Shown in pieces: positions 29,816-39,403 of a DNA stretch of 64,000 bases. Position 1 is the first letter of the stretch, and each line of letters begins with the position of its first letter. The notes beneath the pieces were generated by a model. It saw only the letters and a list, made by a program, of their open reading frames with translations. It did not search any database and was not told the DNA's origin. The stretch comes from Nitrososphaerota archaeon (GTDB taxonomy: Archaea; Thermoproteota; Nitrososphaeria; Nitrososphaerales; Gagatemarchaeaceae), in assembly GCA_029785215.1 (NCBI GenBank), contig JAFMAB010000003.1, forward strand, positions 9,430-73,429, in the 5' to 3' direction. A program made the translations under genes and the position numbers.

Positions 29816-30093
29816 GGGGTCGCTGCCCCTCTCGCTCGCCTTTTGAGGTTACCTACTGCACCAGACGTAAGGATAGGTGTCATCTTCCTCCCCCCGACCG
29901 CACCCGTCGCGCAAGCTTCCCTCAGCCGTCGGGCTGACTCTACCGTCCCCTTGACTATGACCGCCCGGGGGTTCCCGTCCACCCCAAATACCTTCACGCC
30001 GCCGAACTCGCTCCCAAGCACCTTCGCCAGCGCCTTCATCTCTTCCTCAAGGACCGCTCCTTCGGCCATCAGGAGGAGGTATCTTTTGGGCAA
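29812..30093 (-). CDS. Pop5/Rpp14-like RNase P protein (short, divergent)
   Basis: N-terminal KRYLL, C-terminal TSGAVGNLKRR; TTG start; follows DUF54. Confidence 0.5.
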   Translation of the reverse strand: MPKRYLLLMAEGAVLEEEMKALAKVLGSEFGGVKVFGVDGNPRAVIVKGTVESARRLREACATGAVGGRKMTPILTSGAVGNLKRRARGAATP

Positions 30094-30094
30094 T

Positions 30095-30529
30095 CTAGGT
30101 CCCCTCCAACTCCTTCGAGTAGAACTCCAGAGCTCCTCTTTGCATGGCATAGAGCCTCGGCTTGACCTTCACTCTGATGGAGTCAGTTGTCCCGATTTCG
30201 GGGGCCCCAGAGATCAGCTTCTGCTTGTCCAGACGCAGGTACAGCGCCGAGTGCTCGTCGACGAGGGCTGCAAGCTCATCGGAGATGGCATCCCGTACCT
30301 GCGGCGGGAGCCCCGCGACGATATGCCTGAACGCCGAGGCCGCCACGTCGCCTGTCAGGTGGATCCTTATCCTGACGATCTGGTTCCCGAAGTGACCTTC
30401 GAGGACCTCCCTCTGTAGTACGGGACTACCGCCCAGAAGCCTCGCCACAGCGTCCCCGACCTTCTTCTCGTCCTCCGTGGCGTGTATCAGATATGAAACC
30501 TCGACTGACGCTATGGGGGGCTTCAACAC
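30095..30529 (-). CDS. DUF54 RNA-binding protein
   Basis: HATEDEKKV, GHFGNQI, LYLRLDKQ. Confidence 0.88.
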   Translation of the reverse strand: MLKPPIASVEVSYLIHATEDEKKVGDAVARLLGGSPVLQREVLEGHFGNQIVRIRIHLTGDVAASAFRHIVAGLPPQVRDAISDELAALVDEHSALYLRLDKQKLISGAPEIGTTDSIRVKVKPRLYAMQRGALEFYSKELEGT

Positions 30530-30633
30530 CTTTCCTCAGGGGATCTGTGTGTATAAGTTCGTGGACGAAAGGACCCCCTTCGGGCCGGCCTGCCGGGGTC
30601 AACATTAACTATGCGTCGGTAGCCGCTCCCGGT

Positions 30634-31155
30634 GTGCCGCGCAAGCTGACCGTGGAAGACGTGCTGTCGGACGAGCTGAAGAGGGAGATGAACCTCGACA
30701 CCGACACATTCGCGGTCCTAGACGACTGGGACTCGGTAATGAACAGCGTCTATCAGATGCCGATTGAATACGCTGGTTACACGAGGAAGGTGAGCGAGAT
30801 GAAGCTGCTCAAGGAGATGATAGACACCCTGGCGGCGGCTGACTTCGACCAGGTGAAGCGGAGCGAGAGCAGGAAGAAGCAGTTGGCCCAGTTCACCAAG
30901 ACCCTAAGCATGTATTACAACGTCGTGTTCACTAAAGGGGAAAAGAAGACAGGCTACGGGGCCCTGATCCACTTTCCTAGGCTAAAGTCCGACCCGGACA
31001 GGAGCGGAGGGATCGTGCTTGCGGCCAAGATCGTATTCGAGGGGGGGAAGCACGCGGTCACCTTCGAGAGGGCCAAGTTCGAGGACTTCCTGGTCGAGGT
31101 CAAACCCTACGTCAACCTTCTAGGCGACCTCTACCGCCAGACGCGAAGGATGTAA
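30634..31155 (+). CDS. Conserved hypothetical protein upstream of kae1
   Basis: Host-like codon bias; GTG at 30634 after AT-rich promoter; 6 bp gap to kae1. Confidence 0.7.
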   Translation: MPRKLTVEDVLSDELKREMNLDTDTFAVLDDWDSVMNSVYQMPIEYAGYTRKVSEMKLLKEMIDTLAAADFDQVKRSESRKKQLAQFTKTLSMYYNVVFTKGEKKTGYGALIHFPRLKSDPDRSGGIVLAAKIVFEGGKHAVTFERAKFEDFLVEVKPYVNLLGDLYRQTRRM

Positions 31156-31161
31156 CCAGGG

Positions 31162-32154
31162 ATGAAGAGCATAGTCATCGGCGTGGAGAGCACAGCACAC
31201 ACGTTCTCAGCGTCCGTGGTCTCTTCCGACGGCGAGATACTCTCGAACCCGAAGTCGGTCTATAAGGCGCCTCCGGGGGGTGGGATTCATCCATTCGAGG
31301 CCTCCCAGAACCACCTTGCCGCGGCGCCTTCGGTCCTATCTGAGGCGCTCCGTTCCTCAGGGGCGGGGCTTAGCGACCTCTCCGCGGTCGCCTACGCCAT
31401 GGGCCCCGGACTCGGCCCCTGCCTGCGCGTCGGAGCCGTCGCCGCCAGGACCTTGGCCGCTTCCATTGGAGTCCCTCTCGTCCCTGTCAACCACGCCGTC
31501 GGGCACATAGAGCTCGGGTGCCTTCTGACAGGGGCCAAGGACCCGGTGGTCCTCCTCGTCTCCGGGGGGCATACAATGATCATCGCCTACTCTGGACTGA
31601 GATGGCGGATCCTTGGGGAGTCGCTGGATCTAACTCTCGGGCAGCTCCTCGACCAGTTCGGGAGGCACCACGGCCTGGCATCCCCCTGCGGGCGTGCCAT
31701 CGAAGAATCGGCGTCCAGGTCCAACAACTATCTCAGGCTCCCGTACTCGGTGAAGGGGAACGACGTCTCATTCTCAGGGCTCCTGACCACGTCGAAGTCC
31801 CTCCTCGACGCTGGGGCCTCATTCGAGGACGTGGCGTACTCTCTTCAAGAGACCTCGTTTTCGATGGTGGCCGAGGTCACCGAGAGGGCACTTGCGTTCA
31901 CGGGGAAGAAAGAGGTCATGATAGTGGGGGGCGTGGCTGCGAACAAGCGCCTGTCGCAGATGATGTCTGCCATGGCTGAGAGGCACGCGGCGAAGGTCCT
32001 GGCGGTCCCTCTAGAATACAGCGGTGACTGCGGCGCTCAGATAGCTTGGACCGGGGTCCTCGCCCATGGGAGCGGTATCGAGGTCCCGGTGGCCGAGTCG
32101 ACGGTCAGGCAGTCGTGGAGGCTCGATGTAGTTGACATCCCCTGGCGAGGCTGA
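31162..32154 (+). CDS. kae1: tRNA t6A synthase Kae1
   Basis: GVESTAHT, VNHAVGHIE, VSGGHT, GGVAAN, GDCGAQIA. Confidence 0.95.
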   Translation: MKSIVIGVESTAHTFSASVVSSDGEILSNPKSVYKAPPGGGIHPFEASQNHLAAAPSVLSEALRSSGAGLSDLSAVAYAMGPGLGPCLRVGAVAARTLAASIGVPLVPVNHAVGHIELGCLLTGAKDPVVLLVSGGHTMIIAYSGLRWRILGESLDLTLGQLLDQFGRHHGLASPCGRAIEESASRSNNYLRLPYSVKGNDVSFSGLLTTSKSLLDAGASFEDVAYSLQETSFSMVAEVTERALAFTGKKEVMIVGGVAANKRLSQMMSAMAERHAAKVLAVPLEYSGDCGAQIAWTGVLAHGSGIEVPVAESTVRQSWRLDVVDIPWRG

Positions 32155-32797
32155 AGGGGTCCCAGGCCGTCTCCTCTACAGGGGGGCCGAGGCGGATGTG
32201 GTGCTTGGCGACTGGCAGGGCCTCCCGGCCGTGTTCAAAGTCAGAAAGCCGCTGGCCTACAGGCTGGCATCCCTCGACCAGGAGATCCGGCGTCAGAGGA
32301 CGGTTCACGAGGCTGAGATGATATGCCATGCGAAGCGGGCCGGGGTCACGACCCCCTTCCTCTACCACCTCGACCTCCAGGCGTCCACCATGGTCATGGA
32401 GTACATCGGCGGGGAGATGCTCAGGGACCTGGCGAGTCACATGGCGGAGAAGGAAGTGGAGGGTCCGTTCTTCAAGTTCGGGGAAGGGGTCGCCCGCCTC
32501 CACGCGGCGGGGATGATGCACGGGGACCTCACCACGGCCAACGTTGTTTCCAGGGAGGAGTCCCTCGTCTTCCTGGATTTCGGCCTGGCCCATCGCACCA
32601 GCAGGCTGGAGGACTACGCCGTGGATCTCCGTCTGATCAAAGAGACGCTCGTAGGTGCCCATCCAGGGATATCCAGGGCAGCCCTGGACGCATTCTTCAG
32701 AGGTTACGAGGCCAAGGCCGGAACTCCAAGGTTCCGGAGGGTCCACAGCCAGCTCCGGAACATCGAGCGGAGGGGGAGGTACGCCCGAGTCGCATGA
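32132..32797 (+). CDS. bud32: KEOPS kinase Bud32
   Basis: GAEA, HGDLTTAN, DFGL, RGRY C-terminus. Confidence 0.93.
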   Translation: MTSPGEAEGVPGRLLYRGAEADVVLGDWQGLPAVFKVRKPLAYRLASLDQEIRRQRTVHEAEMICHAKRAGVTTPFLYHLDLQASTMVMEYIGGEMLRDLASHMAEKEVEGPFFKFGEGVARLHAAGMMHGDLTTANVVSREESLVFLDFGLAHRTSRLEDYAVDLRLIKETLVGAHPGISRAALDAFFRGYEAKAGTPRFRRVHSQLRNIERRGRYARVA

Positions 32798-32861
32798 GAC
32801 GAGGACATGGCGGGCAACGTTTATCAGTCAAACCCGGAGGACTCACTTGAACTTCTGAATC

Positions 32862-33311
32862 ATGGCCCGAATCCATTCTCACAGGCACGGCAAGTCCCAC
32901 CAGACCAGGCCCCCTAGCAGGAGCAATCCGAGCTGGGTGACCAGCACCCCTGACGAGGCAAAGAACGTTGTCCTCAAGCTCGCCAAGGAAGGGCTCACCC
33001 CGAGCAAGATAGGACAGACGCTCAGGGACGACTACGGTGTCCCGCTGTTCAAGCCCCTGGCGGGGAAGTCGATCGGGAGGGTCTTGGCAGAAGGCAAACT
33101 CGCGCCGAAGATGCCCCAGGACCTGCAGGACTTGATTGAAAGGGCCCAACGGGTTCAGAAGCATCTTGACGTGCACGGCAGCGACAGGAAGAACGTGCAT
33201 TCTCTTGAGCTCATCGAGGCAAAGATATACCGGCTTTCAAAATACTACAAAGACAAAGGTGCCATTTCGAAGGACTTCAAGTACGCCGCCGTCGTCGCAC
33301 AGCTGGCCTAA
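32862..33311 (+). CDS. rps15: 30S ribosomal protein S15 (uS15)
   Basis: MARIHSHRHGKS, PSKIG, IEAKIYRLSKYYK. Confidence 0.96.
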   Translation: MARIHSHRHGKSHQTRPPSRSNPSWVTSTPDEAKNVVLKLAKEGLTPSKIGQTLRDDYGVPLFKPLAGKSIGRVLAEGKLAPKMPQDLQDLIERAQRVQKHLDVHGSDRKNVHSLELIEAKIYRLSKYYKDKGAISKDFKYAAVVAQLA

Positions 33312-33326
33312 AACAGGGGCGGGCCC

Positions 33327-34733
33327 GTGGCCGACATCGAAGGGCTCACCACGCGATACAGGGCCCTGGCTCCGAACATCCTGAAGATGGCCACCGACGG
33401 GAAGAGGATCCTCGTGGTGACGCACATAGACGCGGACGGCTTATGCAGTGGGTCGGCCGTGTTCGCGTCGCTCAAGCGTAAGGGCGCCAACGTCGCCCTA
33501 CGCACCGTCCCCGACCTCGACGCCAAGACCATCGGGTCACTGAAGGGACTGGGATACGAGTTCCACATTTTCACCGACCTGGGGTCAACCCTGGTCACGG
33601 AGCTCGAGGGGACTTTCGGGAAAGACTTCCTAGTCATGGACCACCATCAGATCTCAGAGGCTGACATAAGAAGCCCAAACGTTGTCAACGCCTGGGCTTA
33701 CGGCTTCGACGGGGGGAAGGACGCGTGCTCCTCGGCTATTGCTTACCTCTTCGCTGTAACCCTCGACTGGGCCAACGCGGACCTCTCGCCTCTAGCCGTG
33801 GTGGGGGCCGTAGCAGACCGCCAAGATGCGGGACCTGGGAGGTCGCTGACGGGGCTCAACAGGGTAGCGCTTGCGGATGCTCAGTCGCGCGGGCTGATGT
33901 CCGTGACCACCGACTTGATGTTCACCGGGCGAGAGACTAGGCCGATCCACGAGGCGGTGGCCCTGACTTCCACGCCTCTCCTGAAGGGGCTGACAGGGAG
34001 CAAGGACGCGGTCCTCGCTTTGCTGCACCAGTCCGGGCTCCCTCTGAAGGATGGCGGGTCTTGGCGCACCGTCTCATCCCTCTCCAAGGGAGAGAAGGAG
34101 AGCCTCGTCGAAACCCTCGCGGCAGCCCTGGGCTCCCAGGAAGGCGCAAGCGACGCGCTGGCGGGTATCTTTGGGGAGGTGTACACGCTGCGGTTCGAGG
34201 ACGCCTTCACGCCGCTGAGGGATGCGAGGGAGTTCGGGACGCTCCTGAACTCCTGCGGGAGGATGGGCGTTCCGGGGATAGGAATCGCGATCTGCCTAGG
34301 AGACAGGTCCCACGCCCTGAGCGCCGCCATGAAGTCCTTGTCAGAGTACCGGGGAGGGATAAACAAGGCACTGAGCGGCCTCGCCTCGGAACCGTCGAGG
34401 ATGGAGCGGCACGGCAGCGTCGTCTTCGTGAACGGGGAAGGGCTGGTAGACGAAAAGCTGTTGGGCCCAGTGATCTCCATACTCACCTCCACCCCCGAGT
34501 TCAGAGACAAAGTGGTGGTGGGGAGGGCGACGGGGCGGGACGCGGAGGTCAAGATATCCTCGAGGGTAGGGGACGCCTTCGCGGGGGAAGTGAACCTGGG
34601 CCTGGTGATGAAGGAAGCGGCGGAAGCCGTGGAGGGGGTCGGGGGAGGGCATGAGATGGCCGCGGGCGCCAAGATACCTTCATCAAGGACGGAGACCTTC
34701 TCTAGGGCTGTGCTGGCGAGAGTTGCTGGTTGA
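33327..34733 (+). CDS. DHH/DHHA1 phosphoesterase (RecJ-like)
   Basis: HIDADG, DLGS, DHH, GGGHEMAAGA. Confidence 0.9.
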   Translation: MADIEGLTTRYRALAPNILKMATDGKRILVVTHIDADGLCSGSAVFASLKRKGANVALRTVPDLDAKTIGSLKGLGYEFHIFTDLGSTLVTELEGTFGKDFLVMDHHQISEADIRSPNVVNAWAYGFDGGKDACSSAIAYLFAVTLDWANADLSPLAVVGAVADRQDAGPGRSLTGLNRVALADAQSRGLMSVTTDLMFTGRETRPIHEAVALTSTPLLKGLTGSKDAVLALLHQSGLPLKDGGSWRTVSSLSKGEKESLVETLAAALGSQEGASDALAGIFGEVYTLRFEDAFTPLRDAREFGTLLNSCGRMGVPGIGIAICLGDRSHALSAAMKSLSEYRGGINKALSGLASEPSRMERHGSVVFVNGEGLVDEKLLGPVISILTSTPEFRDKVVVGRATGRDAEVKISSRVGDAFAGEVNLGLVMKEAAEAVEGVGGGHEMAAGAKIPSSRTETFSRAVLARVAG

Positions 34734-34984
34734 GGACCCGAGTAGAGCTGCGGATCGGCTGCAGGGACGGCTCGACAGTAAAGTGCTTGGCGTCGGTCCT
34801 CGCGCCTGACAACGAGGGCGCGCCGAGGGGGATGAAGCTGGCTTCGGCGGTGGAGGCGGACCACCTGACGTTCACGGTCGAATCCGACTCCGCCTCCAGC
34901 TCTCTATCGACCGCCCTGGCAGTCCTGAGAGACGCGACGCTCTTCCAGGAGATATGGCTTTTATCGCGACCGAGGCGGGGTTGA
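34730..34984 (+). CDS. pcc1: KEOPS subunit Pcc1
   Basis: LAPDN motif, size and conserved position. Confidence 0.7.
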   Translation: MRTRVELRIGCRDGSTVKCLASVLAPDNEGAPRGMKLASAVEADHLTFTVESDSASSSLSTALAVLRDATLFQEIWLLSRPRRG

Positions 34985-34993
34985 GGCAACCCG

Positions 34994-36274
34994 ATGCTAG
35001 ACGTAAAGCTACTGAGGGAGGATCCAGAAGTGATCAGAGCAGATCTCAGGAAGAGAGGGATGCTCGACAAGCTGCACCTCGTGGACCACGCCATCAAGGC
35101 GGACTCCGCGTGGAGGACGGCCAAGACCCGGGCGGAAGTCCTGCGCCACGAGCTAAATGAGGCCAACAGGGTCATCGCCGACCTGGCCCGGAAGAAGCAG
35201 CCCATAGAGGCTGAGCAGTCGAAGGTCGCTGAACTCTCAAAGCGCCTCGACGGTCTCGCGAAGGCCCAGGACGAAGAGCAGCGGACCCTGGAGAGCACCC
35301 TGATGTCATTCCCGAACATCCTTCACGAGAGCGTGCCGGTAGGGAAGGACGACACAGAGAACGTGACCGTCCGGACCTGGGGGACGGAGCAGAAGTTTGA
35401 GTTCGAACCGAAGGACCACGTCGAAGTCCTCGCCAACCTGGGGATGGTCGACATGGAGCGCGCTGCCAAGATCTCTGGTTCCCGGTTCTTCTTCCTCAAG
35501 GGGGAGGCGGTGAAGCTCGAGCATGCCATCATGAGGTATGCCATCGACGCCGTCTCAGCAAAGGGGTTCATCCCGGTGGAGCCTCCGTTCATGATGAGGC
35601 GGCAGCCCTACGGCGGGGTGACGGACATGAACGACTTCGGGCCGGTCATCTACAAGGTGGAGGAGGAGGATCTGTACATGATTGCGACTTCGGAGCACCC
35701 TCTGGTGGCCATGCACTCAGACGAGATACTGTCCGGGAGGGAGCTCCCGCTGAAGTACTGCGGCTTCTCGCCCTGTTTCAGGGTCGAGGCCGGCGCCCAC
35801 GGAAAGGACACCAAAGGGATCTTCAGGACCCACCAGTTCTACAAGGTCGAGCAGGTCGCCTTTGCCCGCCCGGAGGACAGCTGGGTCCTCCATGAGCAGC
35901 TGATAGCGAACGCCGAGGGGATATTCAGGGGCCTGGGGCTCCGCTATAGGGTGGTCAACGTCTGCACCGGGGACATGGGGACGGTGGCCGCGAAGAAGTA
36001 CGACCTCGAAGCTTGGATGCCCGTCCAGGGTAGGTTCAGGGAGATGGTGTCGTGCAGCAACTGCACCGACTACCAGTCTAGGCGGCTGAAGATAAGGTTC
36101 CGGGACAAGCAGAACGACACGACCAGGTTGGTCCACACCCTGAACTCCACCGCCGTCACCACCAGGGCCCTGGTAGCCATCGTCGAGAACTTCCAGCAGA
36201 AGGATGGCACTGTGACAATCCCGGAGCCCGTTGTCCCCTACATGGGAGGGGTCGACCGCCTCCAGCGACGCTGA
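34994..36274 (+). CDS. serS: Serine--tRNA ligase
   Basis: ATSEHP, FRVEAG, KKYDLEAW, SCSNCTDYQSRR, HTLNST. Confidence 0.97.
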   Translation: MLDVKLLREDPEVIRADLRKRGMLDKLHLVDHAIKADSAWRTAKTRAEVLRHELNEANRVIADLARKKQPIEAEQSKVAELSKRLDGLAKAQDEEQRTLESTLMSFPNILHESVPVGKDDTENVTVRTWGTEQKFEFEPKDHVEVLANLGMVDMERAAKISGSRFFFLKGEAVKLEHAIMRYAIDAVSAKGFIPVEPPFMMRRQPYGGVTDMNDFGPVIYKVEEEDLYMIATSEHPLVAMHSDEILSGRELPLKYCGFSPCFRVEAGAHGKDTKGIFRTHQFYKVEQVAFARPEDSWVLHEQLIANAEGIFRGLGLRYRVVNVCTGDMGTVAAKKYDLEAWMPVQGRFREMVSCSNCTDYQSRRLKIRFRDKQNDTTRLVHTLNSTAVTTRALVAIVENFQQKDGTVTIPEPVVPYMGGVDRLQRR

Positions 36275-36308
36275 CATTATAAGCGAGATTCGAAAGGGGC
36301 GCTTTGGT

Positions 36309-36932
36309 TTGCCTAAGAAGGTGGCGAAGGTCAGGGACAAATGGAAGCTGAAGTCCTGGGTCACTGTAACAGCGTCCCCCTCATTCGGGAACGCCCCGAT
36401 AGCACGCGTCCCTCTCACAGACGTCGAGAAGCCCGCCGGCAGGGTCATAGAGACTACCCTCTACGACATACTGAAGCAGGACCCTCAGCACTACGCTTTC
36501 AAGCTCTTCTTCCAGATCGACAGAGTCGAAGGCGAGACCGCCTACACAGTGTTCAAGGGGCACGAATATTCGAGGGAGTTCCTCAGGAGCCTGATACGAA
36601 GAGGCTCATCCATGTCTGACTTCATCAAGGACTACGCCACCAAGGACGGATATGTCGTCAGGGTCTACTGCACGGCGCTCTCCCAGGGCAAGATGAACAC
36701 CTCGAAGAAGCGCGACCTAAGGCTGATCATGGACAAAGTGATAGGCGAGAAGGCCGCAGGCATGAACTACGAAGGGTTCGTCCAGGAGCTGGTGCTCCAG
36801 AAAGTAGCGTCGGACGTCTACAACGAGGCCAAGAAGATCACCCACCTGAGGCATGTAGGGGTTAGGAAGAGCAAACTTATCGCGAAGCCGGAGCCGCGGA
36901 AGGTCGAGCAGCTAGCCCCTCTTGCCGCTTGA
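36309..36932 (+). CDS. rps3ae: 30S ribosomal protein S3Ae (eS1)
   Basis: RDKWKLKSW, GRVIETTL, RSLIRRGSS, VRKSKL; TTG start. Confidence 0.93.
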   Translation: MPKKVAKVRDKWKLKSWVTVTASPSFGNAPIARVPLTDVEKPAGRVIETTLYDILKQDPQHYAFKLFFQIDRVEGETAYTVFKGHEYSREFLRSLIRRGSSMSDFIKDYATKDGYVVRVYCTALSQGKMNTSKKRDLRLIMDKVIGEKAAGMNYEGFVQELVLQKVASDVYNEAKKITHLRHVGVRKSKLIAKPEPRKVEQLAPLAA

Positions 36933-38117
36933 CACAATCTTCAAGATGTCCCTGTTCTGCAGCAGGTAGTCTCCAGCCAGCCTCTTCCCTGTCCTAGCGT
37001 CGACCGCATATAGGAAGCCGTCCGCCAGGTCGCTGTGAACCGTCCGAGCCAGGTCCAGCGCTGTGGACCCGCCTCTCATCACGAAGGCGTCAGGGAGCAC
37101 TCTCCCGTCTTTGTCGGTGAGCTTAGTCTCGTCCTCCACCGGGAAGACTACTATGGCCTTCAGGAGCCCGAAGAAGGCCTCGTTGACCGCCTCCTGGACT
37201 CCCGTCCCACCGTAGACTTTCATCACCTTCTCTTCCACCATCTTCAGGGCTGCTGCCTGGGCCCCAGACAGCTTTACCGGGTCCGTGACCGTGAACCCCT
37301 TGTCCCCCGGGGTGTATGCGACAAGGCCCCGCTCGGCGGCCCTGCGCAGCATGAGCTCCGCCTCGGAAGCGCAGGGGACGACCTGCCTCCCACCCCCTCT
37401 GAGTCTCTCGATGTTCCGGTACGACGTCTGAAGGTCCGCCTTGTTGGCTGCGATCAGGGATGGCTTGGTCAGCTTCCTCGTCTCCACGACGAACTGCATC
37501 AGCTGGTCGTCCGTCCAGCCGCTCGGTTTCTCCGTGCGGAGACGTAGACGGAGAACGACGGCCTCGACGTCTGCAAGGGTCACAGACAGGCCGGAAAGCC
37601 GCTCAGCCAGGTGGTTCGTCACTTTCCCCCCGGTCTGTTCCAGGGACCGGGCAGCTTTCTCCCAGTCCCTCTTCAGGATGCCATACATCCACAGGTCGAA
37701 TTCGTGTTCGACCATCTCGACGTCCTCGACGGGGTCATGGACCCCTGGGGGGACCTTCCTCCCTTCGAGGTCGGTGGAACCTGACGCGTCGACCACCTGG
37801 ATCAGAGCGTCCGCCTGCCTCAGGTCGTCGAGGAACTGGTTCCCCAGCCCCTTCCCAGCGGATGCGCCCTCCACGAGGCCCGCGACGTCGATCACCCTCA
37901 CGGGGACCAGCCTCCACCCCCTTATGCAGCTCGATCCCTTGGGGTTGTCTACTACTCCCATCTCCTTGCACACGCACTCCGTGACGATGCTTGCCACGCC
38001 TACGTTGGGCTTTACCGTGGTGAATGGATAGTCCGCTATCTGTACGTCCTTCAGGGTGGCAGCTGCGAAGAAGGTCGATTTGCCGACATTAGGTTTGCCG
38101 ACGACCCCCACTAACAT
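36912..38117 (-). CDS. Obg-family ATPase/GTPase (YchF-like) with TGS domain
   Basis: GKPNVGKST, YPFTT, DVAGL, GLGNQFL, NKAD. Confidence 0.93.
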   Translation of the reverse strand: MLVGVVGKPNVGKSTFFAAATLKDVQIADYPFTTVKPNVGVASIVTECVCKEMGVVDNPKGSSCIRGWRLVPVRVIDVAGLVEGASAGKGLGNQFLDDLRQADALIQVVDASGSTDLEGRKVPPGVHDPVEDVEMVEHEFDLWMYGILKRDWEKAARSLEQTGGKVTNHLAERLSGLSVTLADVEAVVLRLRLRTEKPSGWTDDQLMQFVVETRKLTKPSLIAANKADLQTSYRNIERLRGGGRQVVPCASEAELMLRRAAERGLVAYTPGDKGFTVTDPVKLSGAQAAALKMVEEKVMKVYGGTGVQEAVNEAFFGLLKAIVVFPVEDETKLTDKDGRVLPDAFVMRGGSTALDLARTVHSDLADGFLYAVDARTGKRLAGDYLLQNRDILKIVSSGKRG

Positions 38118-38170
38118 GCCCCCTCCGCCGGGTCCGCCGGTTATAACATCTCAGGGGACGGTCAGCCTAC

Positions 38171-39403
38171 ATGTCCAGGGTCCTGGTAGTGGGGGGCGGC
38201 ACCGCAGGGGCGGCGGCCGCCGAGGAGTGCGCCACGCAAGGGATCGACGCTACGGTGATCGACCGCCTGGACGAACCAGAACCGCCATGGACGTCATGGC
38301 CAGACCTGATGGGTCTCGAGGGCCAGAGCCGGACAGTCTCCAGTCCTCTCCATCAGGCGCGTCCCTCTGCCTCGATTTTTGGGACCGAAGTAGTAGCGGT
38401 CCGCAAGGGGGAGGTGGTCACGTCCAACGGGTCGCGTTTCCGCGCCGACTCCGTGGTCATCGCGGCTGGCTCCTCCTTCGAGCCGCCCACAGCCCAAGGG
38501 ATCCGCAAGCATGGTTCCTTCGTGTTGGACTCCGCTGCTCGGTACGAAGAATTCGGTTCGGCCAGCGCCTCAGCTGACCGGATACTCATCTGTGGCGAGG
38601 GCGCCAGAGGGCTGCAAGTTGCCGAACGGCTCTCTGCCAGAGGGGCGAGGCCTTCCCTGATGGTGTCGTGTTGGCAGCGGGGGGGTCCAAGCTCGCCGGT
38701 GCTGGGTGTCGTCTCTGACGCGGCACATGCGAGGGGGATATGTCTCGGTCCTGGGACGGTCAGCAGGGTTGTCGGCTTCGCCCGCACGGAGGCCGTGATA
38801 GCAAGAGGGGACGTGGTCCCTTGCGATGTCCTCGCGTTCATCCCCCGGCGGGTCCCTGTCGCCATCCGCCTTGCCGCGCCGCCCGGCCGTAGCGGTGGGG
38901 TCCTGGTCGACAGATACCTGAGGGCGAGGGCGCCTGGGGTCTTCGCGGCTGGTGGATGCGCTGAGCTGGACGGGTCGCTCCCGCCTAGGGCTACGTTGGT
39001 CGATGAGCCCAGGCTGTCCGGGAGGACTGCCGGCGCAAACTCCGCGGGCGGGAACATCAGCATCGGCTCGGTCCGTTCCTGGTCTCTGTCGGTCCTTGGG
39101 CTGAGGTGGTCCAGGACTGGCCCAGACGCGCCGACGTGCGAGTCATTGGGGATGGACGTCCGGGAGGTAGGGCGGCGGTGGAGCGGCTGTTCAGCTTGTA
39201 GCCTGGTCTATGAGCGCGGTACCGGGAGGGTGATCGGCGCGGAGGTGATCGAACCAGCAGACTCCCCAACGGGCGGCCTCGGCTCATCAGCCTCAGGCTC
39301 AGCTACGCTGAGGTCCTTGGCTTACGCGCACCCTGGTTCAAGCGATATATCTGTGGTGTCAGACACCGCTAGGCTGGGGCTTGCGTCATGGTCAGGGTGC
39401 TAG
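38171..39403 (+). CDS. Divergent FAD-dependent pyridine nucleotide-disulfide oxidoreductase family protein
   Basis: VVGGGTAG, IAAGS, GVLVDRYLR...VFAAGGCA. Confidence 0.7.
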   Translation: MSRVLVVGGGTAGAAAAEECATQGIDATVIDRLDEPEPPWTSWPDLMGLEGQSRTVSSPLHQARPSASIFGTEVVAVRKGEVVTSNGSRFRADSVVIAAGSSFEPPTAQGIRKHGSFVLDSAARYEEFGSASASADRILICGEGARGLQVAERLSARGARPSLMVSCWQRGGPSSPVLGVVSDAAHARGICLGPGTVSRVVGFARTEAVIARGDVVPCDVLAFIPRRVPVAIRLAAPPGRSGGVLVDRYLRARAPGVFAAGGCAELDGSLPPRATLVDEPRLSGRTAGANSAGGNISIGSVRSWSLSVLGLRWSRTGPDAPTCESLGMDVREVGRRWSGCSACSLVYERGTGRVIGAEVIEPADSPTGGLGSSASGSATLRSLAYAHPGSSDISVVSDTARLGLASWSGC

